A DNA stretch of 64,000 nt, taken from NCBI GenBank assembly GCA_002722735.1, contig PBMR01000005.1:1570-65569 (forward strand). The letters are read 5' to 3'. This stretch comes from Methanobacteriota archaeon (GTDB lineage Archaea > Thermoplasmatota > Poseidoniia > Poseidoniales > Thalassarchaeaceae). Numbering within the stretch: the stretch's first letter is position 1; each line of letters starts with the position of its first letter. Below are positions 37,558-47,687 of this stretch, piece by piece. The notes below the pieces were generated by a model that did no database searches, was not told the origin of the DNA, and saw only the letters and a program-made list of their open reading frames with translations. Position numbers and translations under genes: made by a program.

Positions 37558-39552
37558 TCAGGAGAATACTTCTGGATGCCACGCGGTAATCTTGCCCACG
37601 AATGCACTGGTCATCACGGTCAGTGGACTAGCGAGATAGAGTCTGCCTGGCCCCGAGCGTCCCTGGAAGTTGCGATTGATCGCAGAGATACTGACCTGAC
37701 CGGGCTCATCACTAATTCCCGGCCCAGCACCGATGCACGCCCCACAACCGGGGTCGATCAGCATCACGCCAGCGCGCTCAAACAAATCGATCCACCCCAT
37801 CCGGGCTGAGAGGTCCTTGACTGACTTGGAGCCAAACTGGATGTAACAGTCAACATCTGAGGGTATTGTCAATCCCGCGTCTAGGGCCGCCTTGGTCACC
37901 ATGGCATAGTAGGAGAAGTCATCTTCCTTTCCTGCAGTGCATGAGCCGGCGTAGGCGATGTCGATGACCACTTCACCGATCTCGTCGATGTACGCTCCGT
38001 TGGTCGGGTCGGAGGGGATTCCCTTGTCGGGTTCACCCGGGTGAGCGACCATCGGACGAATCTCTGTTAGGTCGATTGTGTGAACACCCCCACCATAAGC
38101 TGCTCCTTCGTCAGGCAGTACGAATTGCGCCCTGATAGATTCCTCGTCGAGGTCGTTGCGACGTGCCAGCAACCACTCGACAGTTAGGTCGTCTGGCTCG
38201 CAGATACCCGTCTTAGCACTGCATTCCGTTGCCATGTTGCACAGTGTCGCCCGCTCGTCCATTGACAGGCTGGCTAGGCCGGGTCCACCGAACTCCATGC
38301 TACAATCCAGCGTCTTGGACCTAGCCGCATAGATCCAGAGGATATGCAGAATGACGTCCTTGGCCGTGCAACCAGGCCCCAGTTCACCGACCAAATCGAA
38401 GCGTATGCTCTCAGGCACACTGACGAAAGCGAACTGGTTGTGGACTAGGTTGGCATACTCGGTGGAACCGACGCCATAGGCTAGGGCATTGGACGCCCCG
38501 CCCATGCAGGTATGAGAGTCAGTGGCTTGAATGAAGTCACCAACGTCGATGAACTCCTCACGTGCCACTTGGTGGCAAATTCCAGGGCTGATGCTGTCGA
38601 TCGCCGAGTAGTCGCGCACGCCGGTACGTTCTTGGAATTCTCTCTGCATATCCCGCAGAGTCTGGATTTTCTCAACGAAGCGTCCGAAGCGAGGAACCTC
38701 GGTCGCGTACAGAAGATGATCCTCGAACACAGCGAACTTCGACGGGTTAGGCAAGGAGTAGTCCTCGCCATATTCCTGTAGGAGGAAGGTGTGGACTTGC
38801 GCGGTCGTGAACTCGTGGGTGTAGCCACCATCGACTTGAGCCAGTACCGCATCACCCGGTTTGACGCAACCGCTCCCACCATTGGCTCCCAGCAGCTTGT
38901 TGGAAATCAACTTCTCGACCATTGTCATCGCCCTTCCCCCCGTCTCCACTCGTGGCAGATCGATGTCTCCCTCCTGGAGTCGTTTGGCAAACGGCAGGAT
39001 CCCTCCGCTCTCAAGGATTAATCGGCTAATCGAATCGTATTTCGAGGTGAACTCCGACAATCTGATGCTCTCTCCGTCCTGCAGCCTTCGCAGAACAGAA
39101 TGATCTGCCATCAATTGGCCGAGATTCAGATTATTACGCTCGTGTATTGGTGCGAAGGATGACGCTATCACAATGCGTATCCCAGACCACCGCTCGCACT
39201 GTGGAGCCGTCTCACGGCTCGAGCCGGTGCCCTTCCGGTGTCCGGAGACAATGACCTCAAAGCCCCCGTCCAAAAGTGCCCGCGGCTCGAAGACACGCCG
39301 CCCTTCGTGAACTAGACCCGCGTAGGCATCCTCTGCGATGGCAGCCGGATCATGGTCGAAGCATACCCAAGCTGGCGTCATTACGTCGGTGTTGATGTCA
39401 TCGAGCAAGTCATCTACCGATAGGTCCTCCATCTGGAGATCTAAACCGTCATACAGTTGCTTGCGAATCAAGTCGAGATCCTTGGTCAGGAAGAGGACGC
39501 GTTTGCCCGGTGACAGAGCCACGCGTTCGGGGGGCCAACCAACATCCTCCAT
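37558..39552 (-). CDS. Aconitase-family hydratase, swivel (LeuD-like) domain fused N-terminal to a LeuC-like domain
   Basis: DDINTDVMTP and GSSRE in the N-terminal part; DH, GICHQ, DSHT, GSCT, GCGACIG, NRNF.GR and LASP in the C-terminal part. Confidence 0.88.
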   Translation of the reverse strand: MEDVGWPPERVALSPGKRVLFLTKDLDLIRKQLYDGLDLQMEDLSVDDLLDDINTDVMTPAWVCFDHDPAAIAEDAYAGLVHEGRRVFEPRALLDGGFEVIVSGHRKGTGSSRETAPQCERWSGIRIVIASSFAPIHERNNLNLGQLMADHSVLRRLQDGESIRLSEFTSKYDSISRLILESGGILPFAKRLQEGDIDLPRVETGGRAMTMVEKLISNKLLGANGGSGCVKPGDAVLAQVDGGYTHEFTTAQVHTFLLQEYGEDYSLPNPSKFAVFEDHLLYATEVPRFGRFVEKIQTLRDMQREFQERTGVRDYSAIDSISPGICHQVAREEFIDVGDFIQATDSHTCMGGASNALAYGVGSTEYANLVHNQFAFVSVPESIRFDLVGELGPGCTAKDVILHILWIYAARSKTLDCSMEFGGPGLASLSMDERATLCNMATECSAKTGICEPDDLTVEWLLARRNDLDEESIRAQFVLPDEGAAYGGGVHTIDLTEIRPMVAHPGEPDKGIPSDPTNGAYIDEIGEVVIDIAYAGSCTAGKEDDFSYYAMVTKAALDAGLTIPSDVDCYIQFGSKSVKDLSARMGWIDLFERAGVMLIDPGCGACIGAGPGISDEPGQVSISAINRNFQGRSGPGRLYLASPLTVMTSAFVGKITAWHPEVFS

Positions 39553-39650
39553 AGTACACTTCCCCATTCTGTGCTACGGTCGCACCGTATATCACGATTC
39601 TCGCATTGGCTTGATGCACAATAGCCGAATTATTGGGAGAAATTCCTCTG

Positions 39651-39716
39651 ACCTATTAGACTTAAATAGGTAGTCATTTGGGAATTCAATGCCTTTCATG
39701 CGAAAGGGGGGGAGGA
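39651..39716 (+). promoter_or_regulatory. Putative tfb promoter (TTAAATA) and SD (GGAGGA)
   Basis: TTAAATA at 39662-39668 overlapped by an ACCTATT/AATAGGT inverted repeat; GGAGGA at 39711-39716. Confidence 0.45.
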
Positions 39717-39719
39717 TGT

Positions 39720-40643
39720 ATGTCATATCTCGTTGAAGACACAGTGAAGTGCGATGAGTGCGGAAGCCGAAATCTGAGCAAGGATGAATCAAGGGGTGAG
39801 GTCGTTTGCGACGATTGCGGCCTAGTTCTCGAGGAGAAAGTAATCGACCAAGGAGCAGAGTGGCGGGTCTTCAGCCCAGAGCAGGGCGATCAGCGTGCAC
39901 GTACAGGTGCTCCCATGACAGTGATGCTCCATGACAAGGGACTATCCACTGATATTGATTGGCAGAACAAGGACTACTCCGGGAAATCGATTTCCAGCCG
40001 GTACCGCAGCCAGTTCTACAGGATGAGGAAGTGGCAGAAGCGCTCCCGAGTCAGCAACGCAACGGAACGCAACAAGGCAATGGCGCTCGCCGAGCTGGAC
40101 AGGATGGCCAGCCGTCTCGAGCTGCCCAAGACGATCAGAGAGACCGCTGCAGTGACCTACGGCAAAGCCGTGGACGCTAGGTTGATTCGCGGCCGCTCCA
40201 TCGAGGGCGTGGCTGCTGCCAGCCTATACGCCGCGTGCAGAATCTGCGAGAACCCGAGGACTCTCGACGAGATTGGCGAGGCGAGCAGGACTGGCCGCAA
40301 GGAAATCGGTCGCACCTATCGCTTCATGGTCCGCGAGTTGAGGATGAAGATACCACCAACCAAGCCCGAGGACTACATCCCCCGCTTCTGCTCCGGCCTC
40401 GACCTCGACGCGGAGGTCCAAGCCAAGGCATACGAGCTGATAGCCGCCGCTCAGGAGAAGGAACTCACCAGTGGGCGTGGTCCGACTGGTATCGCCGCCT
40501 CAATCATCTACATCGCGAGCGTTCTCTGCGGCAAGCGCAGAACCCAGCGAGAGGTCGCTGAAGTTGCTGGTGTGACCGAAGTCACCATCAGGAACCGGTA
40601 CAAGGAACTGATTCAGAACCTGAACATCGAACTCGAGATTTGA
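39720..40643 (+). CDS. tfb: Transcription initiation factor IIB
   Basis: CxxC..CxxCG Zn ribbon, EWR.F, HDKGLST, RGRS.E and [23 protein letters not shown] motifs. Confidence 0.97.
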   Translation: MSYLVEDTVKCDECGSRNLSKDESRGEVVCDDCGLVLEEKVIDQGAEWRVFSPEQGDQRARTGAPMTVMLHDKGLSTDIDWQNKDYSGKSISSRYRSQFYRMRKWQKRSRVSNATERNKAMALAELDRMASRLELPKTIRETAAVTYGKAVDARLIRGRSIEGVAAASLYAACRICENPRTLDEIGEASRTGRKEIGRTYRFMVRELRMKIPPTKPEDYIPRFCSGLDLDAEVQAKAYELIAAAQEKELTSGRGPTGIAASIIYIASVLCGKRRTQREVAEVAGVTEVTIRNRYKELIQNLNIELEI

Positions 40644-40651
40644 GATTCGAA

Positions 40652-43600
40652 TCAGGAGCACCCAGTAGTTGCACCGCACTCGTTGCATTTCAGGCAGGTT
40701 CCGTTTCGAACCATTTGGCTGCCACCGCAGTCATCGCAGATGTCACCGGTGAAACCACGCTCTTTGGCGGCTAGGCGTGCTCGCGTCTCTAGACTTCCCA
40801 GAGGGGTGACGGAAGCTTCTAGAGTCATCTGAACATCCCTCTTCTCGCCTTGGCTTCGGACCAGACCGATATCGGAAATCTCAGGCTTGCTGATGGAGAA
40901 CTGGTCGAGGTCCTCCACTGCTACATGAGCTAGGTCGTCCCTGCCTGCGTATTCTATGGCCAGCTCTCGGAATACCCAGTCAACAATGCTCGAGGACATC
41001 TTGACCCGGCCGCTACCGCCTTCGATCATCCCGCTCGGCTCGAACTTGGAGAATATGAACGACTTCACGAAGGCATCTATTGGCACCCCGTGTTGCAGTC
41101 CTATGGATACGGCTATGGCGAACTGGGACAGCATGGCCCTCCAAGCTGCCCCTTCCTTCGATGTTAGGAGAAATATCTCCCCGACCTTGCCATCCGGGTA
41201 CTCCCCGGTAATCAGACGAACGCTGTGCCCACCGACTTTGGCCTTGATGTTCTCTGACTTCTTCCTATTCGGGAGGGGACGCCTGATTGCGATGTAATCC
41301 TTGACGAAGGCCTCGGCCACCGGTTTGGCCATCGGTTCGGGGAGGGGCAATGCCTCGACGGTCTCTTCGATCATTCTTCCTACAACCGCCCCTTCGTCTT
41401 CTTCCGTGAGTTCTGGGGTATCCACGAGTTGGTTCATCAGAGGCTGAGACAGCTTGCTTCCATCCCGGTAAACCGCGCAGGCCTTGTTCATCGTCGTGTG
41501 ACTCAGGTTGTAGGCATCCCTGACGTCCTCAACAGTTGAGTTGGATGGCATGTTGATGGTCTTGGATATCGCTCCCGAGATGAACGGTTGCGCTGCAGCC
41601 ATCATCTTCACGTGAGCCGGCCAAGCAATCGATCTCTTCCCATACTTGCCGCAGGGTGTGGCGCAGTCAAAGACTGCCAGATGCTCATCCTTCAGTCCGG
41701 GCGCACCCTCAATAGTGTTGTAACCGAAGATGTGGACGTTGGCCGCATCAATCTCTTCGGAAGTGAAACCGAGGGAGCCCAAGGTGTCGAAGAACGGATC
41801 CTCAAACTGTGATTCCGACATTCCGAGGGATTCAGTGCAGAGTTCCTTTCCGATAATCGAGGGAGAGAAAGCGGAGCGGAGATCGAACACGTCACTCAAC
41901 TTGCTGTCTATTGTCTTCAGGCTCTTTGAGGTGAAACCGACATCCTTCAGGCGCTCTACGGAGAGAGTTGGACAGCCACTCAGGTGACCGGATCCCATGA
42001 TGTATTCCTCAATCGCATTGGTCTGGCTATCTGAGTAACCGAGCCGACGCAGTGCATTCGGCACGCCCTTGTTGATGATTCTCAGAGAACCGCCACCGGC
42101 TAGGGTCTTGAACTGGACCAACGAGTACTGGGGCTCCACCCCCGTGGTGTCCGCACCCATCACTAGGCCGATGGTTCCCGTTGGAGCGATGACCGTGGTC
42201 TGCGCGTTGCGGTAGCCGTGCTCCTCCCCCTGCCTAACCGCACGGTCCCAGGAGCCGCGGGCTGCATCGAGTAGATCCTGGGGGCACTTCTTGGCATTGA
42301 TTCCCATGGGGGGAACGGTTAGCCCCTCGTATTCCTCTACCGAGGATTCGTAGGCCGCGCGCCGGTGGTTGCGCATCACCCTCAGCATGTCCTGGGCATT
42401 CCTCTCGTAGTCGGGGAACGCTCCCAGGACGGAAGCCATCTCTGCACTGGTGGCATAGCTTTCTCCACACATGATGGAGGTGATGGCTCCGCATATGGCG
42501 TAGGCCCTCTCGTCATCATAGGGGATTCCCATGTGCATCAGCAGCGAGCCTATGTTGCAATATCCGAGCCCGAGGGTCCTGTACTCGTATGACTTCCGAG
42601 TGATTGACTCAGAAGGGAACTGTGCCATGAGTACGCTGATCTCCAGTGTTGTGGTCCACAGGCGAACGCTATGACGGAAATCCTCGATTCGGAAGGTGTG
42701 TGCATCGAGATCGTAGTAGTGGAGGAGATTGATGCTCGCAAGATTGCACGCGGTATCATCGAGGAACATATATTCCGAACATGGATTAGAACCGTTGATT
42801 CGGCCCGCGGTCGGGCATGTGTGCCACTCGTTGATCGTGGTGTCGAACTGAACCCCGGGATCGGCACACGCCCAAGCTGTGTAGGCAATCTTGTCCCAGA
42901 GCGCATTTGCATCGAGGGTTCTGCAAGGCACGGGCCCCCTATTCTCTGCCCCTGCTGCCTCCTTCTCGGTTCGCCAGAACAGATCCCACTCCCCGTTTGC
43001 TTTGACAGCGTCCATGAAGGTGTTGGGAACGCGTACGGAGTTGTTGCTGTTCTGACCCGAGACCGTCATGTAGGCCTCTCCTTGCCAATCGGTGTCGAGC
43101 ACTTCGAATTCGACGCCCTTCCACCCCTGCTTTGCGAGGTCGACAATCCTCTGGATATGCGCTTGGGGAACGCTGTCTTTAATTGCCCCCACCATCGCTC
43201 TGCGAAGCCCTAGATTGGTTCGTTGGTCAAACCTCCCCCCATCGTCGCCGTGCCCCCAAATCGCATCCATTAGAGAGTTAGCATGCTTCTGCAGAATCGT
43301 ACTCCCAATCACCAACGCAGATACCTTCTCCTCCTCGCTCGGCTTCCAGTCGATGTACTCCTCGATGTCGGGATGGTCCAAATCCAGTGTGACCATCTTC
43401 GCAGCGCGCCTCGTAGTCCCACCAGATTTGATTGCTCCGGCTGCCCGATCCCCTATTTTGAGGAAGGACAGCAGACCGCTTGATGACCCACCACCCGAAA
43501 GGGGCTCCCCAGCGCCCCTGATATTGGAGAAGTTCGAACCTGTGCCCGACCCGTACTTGAATAGCAGAGCCTCACGGCTCCACAGTCCCATTATGGAGTC

Positions 43601-44305
43601 CGAACCACCAACGAGTGAGTCCGAAACCGACTGGATGAAGCAGGCATGGGGCTGGGGGCGCTCGTAAGCATTGGCCGAGTAGCCCAACTCCTCGGTAACG
43701 GGGTCGACGTAGCTGTGACCTTGGGCCGGCCCCTCTATGCCATAGGCCCAGTGGAGGCCTGTGTTGAACCACTGGGGGCTGTTGGGTGCTGAGCGCTGGC
43801 TCGCAATCAGGTAGCACATCTCATCGAAGTAGGCGCGAGCATCGGCCTCGCTTGCGAAGTAGCCGTACTTCCAGCCCCAGTAGGTCCAGGTTCCTGCAAG
43901 TCGACGGAAGAGTTGTCTTCCATCTGCCTCACCACCCATTCTTTGTTCGGCATCAACTGTCTGAAGCCTCTCGTGGTCTGCCTCACTTCGCTGTAGCCAG
44001 ACGGGCACCCCTTCTTCAGGCACCTTCCGAAGTACCTTCGGAACGCCCGCCTTGCGTAGATACTTCTGGGCGCATACCTTTCCTGGTATTCCTGAGAATC
44101 CGGAAGGTAGTTTCACGCCCTCGATCGAGTCAGCCATTGACCCGTCCGGATTACGGATCTCGACATCCATCTCAATCCACTCGAATGAATCGAACGGATC
44201 CTCACCGACCGATGTAAAGCGCCGCTCAATGACAAGCCCGCTCTCTGCTTCGGTGACGCTGTCGGAAGCACTCACCTTTGTCTGCATCTTACTCTCTCCC
44301 GCCAC
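40652..44305 (-). CDS. nrdJ: Class II (adenosylcobalamin-dependent) ribonucleotide reductase
   Basis: PNSPQWFN, HACFIQ, GGTTRRAAKM, SNPCSEY, APTGTI and SGAISKTINMP motifs; C-terminal TSCPD-like domain and Zn ribbon; start 44305 or 44287. Confidence 0.95.
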   Translation of the reverse strand: MAGESKMQTKVSASDSVTEAESGLVIERRFTSVGEDPFDSFEWIEMDVEIRNPDGSMADSIEGVKLPSGFSGIPGKVCAQKYLRKAGVPKVLRKVPEEGVPVWLQRSEADHERLQTVDAEQRMGGEADGRQLFRRLAGTWTYWGWKYGYFASEADARAYFDEMCYLIASQRSAPNSPQWFNTGLHWAYGIEGPAQGHSYVDPVTEELGYSANAYERPQPHACFIQSVSDSLVGGSDSIMGLWSREALLFKYGSGTGSNFSNIRGAGEPLSGGGSSSGLLSFLKIGDRAAGAIKSGGTTRRAAKMVTLDLDHPDIEEYIDWKPSEEEKVSALVIGSTILQKHANSLMDAIWGHGDDGGRFDQRTNLGLRRAMVGAIKDSVPQAHIQRIVDLAKQGWKGVEFEVLDTDWQGEAYMTVSGQNSNNSVRVPNTFMDAVKANGEWDLFWRTEKEAAGAENRGPVPCRTLDANALWDKIAYTAWACADPGVQFDTTINEWHTCPTAGRINGSNPCSEYMFLDDTACNLASINLLHYYDLDAHTFRIEDFRHSVRLWTTTLEISVLMAQFPSESITRKSYEYRTLGLGYCNIGSLLMHMGIPYDDERAYAICGAITSIMCGESYATSAEMASVLGAFPDYERNAQDMLRVMRNHRRAAYESSVEEYEGLTVPPMGINAKKCPQDLLDAARGSWDRAVRQGEEHGYRNAQTTVIAPTGTIGLVMGADTTGVEPQYSLVQFKTLAGGGSLRIINKGVPNALRRLGYSDSQTNAIEEYIMGSGHLSGCPTLSVERLKDVGFTSKSLKTIDSKLSDVFDLRSAFSPSIIGKELCTESLGMSESQFEDPFFDTLGSLGFTSEEIDAANVHIFGYNTIEGAPGLKDEHLAVFDCATPCGKYGKRSIAWPAHVKMMAAAQPFISGAISKTINMPSNSTVEDVRDAYNLSHTTMNKACAVYRDGSKLSQPLMNQLVDTPELTEEDEGAVVGRMIEETVEALPLPEPMAKPVAEAFVKDYIAIRRPLPNRKKSENIKAKVGGHSVRLITGEYPDGKVGEIFLLTSKEGAAWRAMLSQFAIAVSIGLQHGVPIDAFVKSFIFSKFEPSGMIEGGSGRVKMSSSIVDWVFRELAIEYAGRDDLAHVAVEDLDQFSISKPEISDIGLVRSQGEKRDVQMTLEASVTPLGSLETRARLAAKERGFTGDICDDCGGSQMVRNGTCLKCNECGATTGCS

Positions 44306-44447
44306 TCGGGGTCAGGATTGGCCCCGCCTCGTGCAAGGGATTCGCCTTTCCGAATGGGGGGTGTTTAATGATTGAGGATGAAGGGTCGTGGGCAGAGTTG
44401 AAAATTACAAAATTGGGAACCAATCCATTTGTCCAAAAGCAGCCATT

Positions 44448-44837
44448 TCATTCGCGTATGTCAAGGGACCAATTCAGAGTCGCTCCCGAACCGGTGATCA
44501 TCGCGCCGACGGAGCAGAGCTTCTCATGGCTCTGCTCGATTATTCGAGTGACTAGCTTATTGGGAACATCTCCTTCAATGACGTATTTCATTCGTATGGC
44601 AGTGAAGACGCGGGGTTTCTCCTCCGCCCTATCCGCATCCACCTCGACCCACGCAGAGCGCACGTTGCTAATCCGCTCCTTCAGGCCGGCGATAACGTCG
44701 ATGAACGAGCAAGCAGCGTGGGATATTAGCACCATTTGCATCGGTCCGGCATGCTCGTCGCTGTGTATCCCAAAGCTCTTGCCACCGATTTCGCCCTCCA
44801 TCTCTTCTCCCCCGATCCAACGCACCACGCCGTCCAT
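44448..44837 (-). CDS. OsmC/YhfA-like protein
   Basis: GPM....S.AAC and SHEK.CSV Cys pair; P.VFT.I motif. Confidence 0.85.
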   Translation of the reverse strand: MDGVVRWIGGEEMEGEIGGKSFGIHSDEHAGPMQMVLISHAACSFIDVIAGLKERISNVRSAWVEVDADRAEEKPRVFTAIRMKYVIEGDVPNKLVTRIIEQSHEKLCSVGAMITGSGATLNWSLDIRE

Positions 44838-44911
44838 ATTGCCTCACAATGGTCGCAGAACATGAGGGTGTTGGCTTCTTGAGTGAGGCATTGGTCCGCG
44901 ACCTGACCAAG

Positions 44912-46144
44912 ATGTCCCGGAATGCCCCCATAACCAAGTCTGAGGACCACCTCAGCGTGCCCGACCATCCCATCATTCACTACATCGAGGGTGATGGTAT
45001 CGGCATCGACATCACACCAGTGATGATGGCTGTGGTCGACGCCGCGGTCGAGCGGGCGTACGACGCTGAGCGAGCCATCACCTGGATCGAGGTACTCGCC
45101 GGAGAGAAGGCATTCGATGCGACAGGCGAATGGCTTCCCGATGAAACCAAGCTAGCGATGCGGGAGGGCTTGGTTTCAATCAAGGGACCGCTAACTACCC
45201 CAGTCGGAGGTGGTATACGCAGTCTCAACGTCGCACTTCGCCAGCAACTGGATCTCTATGCTTGCCTCCGCCCCCTGCGCTGGTTCAAGGGAACCCCCAG
45301 CCCCGTCAAGGACCCAGGAGCTGTCAACATGACCATCTTCCGCGAGAATAGCGAGGACGTCTATGCGGGCATTGAGTGGGAGGCAGGAAGTGATGAGGTG
45401 CAAAAGGTAGTTGAGTTCCTCCAAGAGGAAATGGGCGTGGTTGAAATCCGCTTTCCCGACACAGTCGGCATCGGAATCAAACCAATCAGTGAGGAGGGAA
45501 CGGCTCGAATCGTTCGCGCCGCCATCCAGTACGCAATTGATCGCGACAAGGATAGCGTGACGCTGGTCCACAAGGGCAATATCATGAAGTTCACTGAAGG
45601 TGGATTTCGCGATTGGGGATACCAATTAGCCAAAGATGAATTCGGTGCTACCGAGGTGGATGGCGGGCCATGGTGCACGTTGACAAACCCGAGGACGGGC
45701 AAGGAGGTCCTGATCAAGGATGTCATCGCCGACGCGATGCTCCAGCAACTCCTAACCCGTCCGCGCGAGTACAGTGTGCTGGCCACGACGAACCTCAACG
45801 GTGACTACATCTCGGATGCTCTGGCCGCCCAGGTCGGTGGCATTGGCTTAGCGCCCGGTGCCAACATCAACTACGACACCGGGATCGCCATCTTCGAAGC
45901 CACACACGGCACCGCTCCCAAGTATGCCGGACAGGACAAGGTCAACCCAGGCTCTTTGATTCTGTCAGCTGTGATGATGCTCCGCTACATGGGCTGGGGA
46001 GAGGCTGCCAGACTCATAGTGTCGGGAATGGAGGGTGCGATTAGTGCTGGCACGGTGACTTATGACCTAGAGCGCCTGATGGATGGTGCTACACTGCTCA
46101 AGTGCAGTGAGTTCGGCAAGGCCGTGATAGCCCATATGGGCTAA
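44912..46144 (+). CDS. icd: NADP-dependent isocitrate dehydrogenase
   Basis: [45 protein letters not shown] and [12 protein letters not shown] motifs. Confidence 0.96.
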   Translation: MSRNAPITKSEDHLSVPDHPIIHYIEGDGIGIDITPVMMAVVDAAVERAYDAERAITWIEVLAGEKAFDATGEWLPDETKLAMREGLVSIKGPLTTPVGGGIRSLNVALRQQLDLYACLRPLRWFKGTPSPVKDPGAVNMTIFRENSEDVYAGIEWEAGSDEVQKVVEFLQEEMGVVEIRFPDTVGIGIKPISEEGTARIVRAAIQYAIDRDKDSVTLVHKGNIMKFTEGGFRDWGYQLAKDEFGATEVDGGPWCTLTNPRTGKEVLIKDVIADAMLQQLLTRPREYSVLATTNLNGDYISDALAAQVGGIGLAPGANINYDTGIAIFEATHGTAPKYAGQDKVNPGSLILSAVMMLRYMGWGEAARLIVSGMEGAISAGTVTYDLERLMDGATLLKCSEFGKAVIAHMG

Positions 46145-46151
46145 AGTCTGG

Positions 46152-46403
46152 CTATCCGATTCGGATGACCCTGTCACTCGGGCGCACTCTCTCCGGGACT
46201 TTGATTCCCACATCATCCCCTGCACCCGCATGTCCAACGGATTCCAGCTCAATCTGTATGGACTCCACCACGATCTCGAAGTCAGTAGTCGCTCCGACAA
46301 TCTTGATTCTATCGCCTACGGAGAGGTCTCCATCGAGCTCTAAGGCGGCGACACCGACCTTCCGGAAATAACGATCGACACGGCCGATTTCTTGCTCTGA
46401 CGT
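46152..46403 (-). CDS. Small EF-Tu domain 2-like beta-barrel protein (83 aa), apparent ACG start; absent from the ORF track
   Basis: Translates (M)SEQEIGRVDRYFRKVGVAALELDGDLSVGDRIKIVGATTDFE..SIQIE..GDDVGIKVPERVRPSDRV; SD GAGGTGA 4 nt before the ACG. Confidence 0.78.
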   Translation of the reverse strand, partial: TSEQEIGRVDRYFRKVGVAALELDGDLSVGDRIKIVGATTDFEIVVESIQIELESVGHAGAGDDVGIKVPERVRPSDRVIRIG

Positions 46404-46553
46404 CTTCTCACCTCGATAGTCCAGAGTGGCAGGAGACCATCAAATTACTCTTGATTTGATTAGATGTGCAATTTCACACTCAATGTGTGTGTTGTTACGT
46501 GTTGTATCCCGAGATACTCGATGTTTTAATTAAGTCACAATTTTCGGACTGTT

Positions 46554-47687
46554 GTGGTAGCACTAATTGTGGGATTCGCACGCTCCCCATTCACGAGAGC
46601 GGGGAAAGGGACCCTTTCAAAAACACGCCCAGACGATGTCGCTGCGACAGTAGTAAACACCCTCCTGAAAAACCTCAATCTAGATCCTTCCCTAGTCGAG
46701 GATCTCATAGTTGGAACGGCATTCCCCGAGGGCGAGCAGGGGTTCAATCTAGCTAGGATGATAACTTTCCTCACAGACCTCCCCGAGACAGTCCCAGGAG
46801 TGACAATAAATCGCTTCTGCGGCTCGTCCATGCAGGCGATTCATGACGCCGCTGGGCGCGTCGCCATGGGAGCTGGAGACGCATTCATCGCTGGTGGCGT
46901 CGAATCGATGACCCGAATCCCGATGACTGGATTCAACCCGATGCCTAACCCTAGGCTCAGCGAGGATTATCCTGAGGCCTTCACCTCAATGGGAATCACA
47001 GCGGAGAACCTCGCTAGTAAGCACGGCATCGACCGAGAGACTCAGGAGGCATTCGCAATCGAGAGCCATGCACGAGCATCGAAGGCCCGGGAATCTGGGG
47101 CATTCGTGGATGAGATCGTTCCGATTGAGACTGTGGACGGCATAGTCGACACCGACGGTTGCATCCGTCCCGATACCAACGCCCAAGCCCTGTCCGGGCT
47201 GCGACCCGCCTTCGACGCCGATGGCACAGTGACAGCAGGGACTTCGTCCCCACTAACGGATGGTGCCGCCTTCGTTCTAGTTTGCTCTGAGGCATTTGCC
47301 GCAGCCCAAGGACTGACACCACTCGCACGCATCGTCAGTACAGCGGTTTCAGGCTGCGCACCTGAGATCATGGGCATCGGACCCGTCGAGGCGACGAAAA
47401 AGGCCCTTGATCGGGCAGGCCTCTCTCTCGATGACATCGATGTCGTCGAGTTAAACGAGGCATTCGCCGCCCAATCACTCGCAGTCATAGGTGATCTCGA
47501 TCTCGACCCCTCGAAGGTCAATATCGAGGGCGGGGCCATCGCCATCGGCCACCCCCTCGGTGCCAGCGGCGCACGCATCACCGGGAAGGCAGCCCAGTTA
47601 TTGCATCGCAATGGCGCCGAGCGGGCTCTCGCGACCATGTGCGTGGGAGGAGGTCAGGGCATTGCGACCATCCTCGAGAAGATATAG
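46554..47687 (+). CDS. Thiolase (acetyl-CoA C-acyltransferase)
   Basis: NRFCGSS, NEAFA, GHPLGASG and MCVGGGQG motifs. Confidence 0.95.
   Translation: MVALIVGFARSPFTRAGKGTLSKTRPDDVAATVVNTLLKNLNLDPSLVEDLIVGTAFPEGEQGFNLARMITFLTDLPETVPGVTINRFCGSSMQAIHDAAGRVAMGAGDAFIAGGVESMTRIPMTGFNPMPNPRLSEDYPEAFTSMGITAENLASKHGIDRETQEAFAIESHARASKARESGAFVDEIVPIETVDGIVDTDGCIRPDTNAQALSGLRPAFDADGTVTAGTSSPLTDGAAFVLVCSEAFAAAQGLTPLARIVSTAVSGCAPEIMGIGPVEATKKALDRAGLSLDDIDVVELNEAFAAQSLAVIGDLDLDPSKVNIEGGAIAIGHPLGASGARITGKAAQLLHRNGAERALATMCVGGGQGIATILEKI

Noticed and set aside
40652-44305. Intein in NrdJ
   Set aside because: No splice-junction or LAGLIDADG motifs seen; the length is explained by a known insertion and C-terminal domains
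44306-44447. Cobalamin riboswitch or NrdR box upstream of nrdJ
   Set aside because: No B12-box or NrdR consensus recognisable
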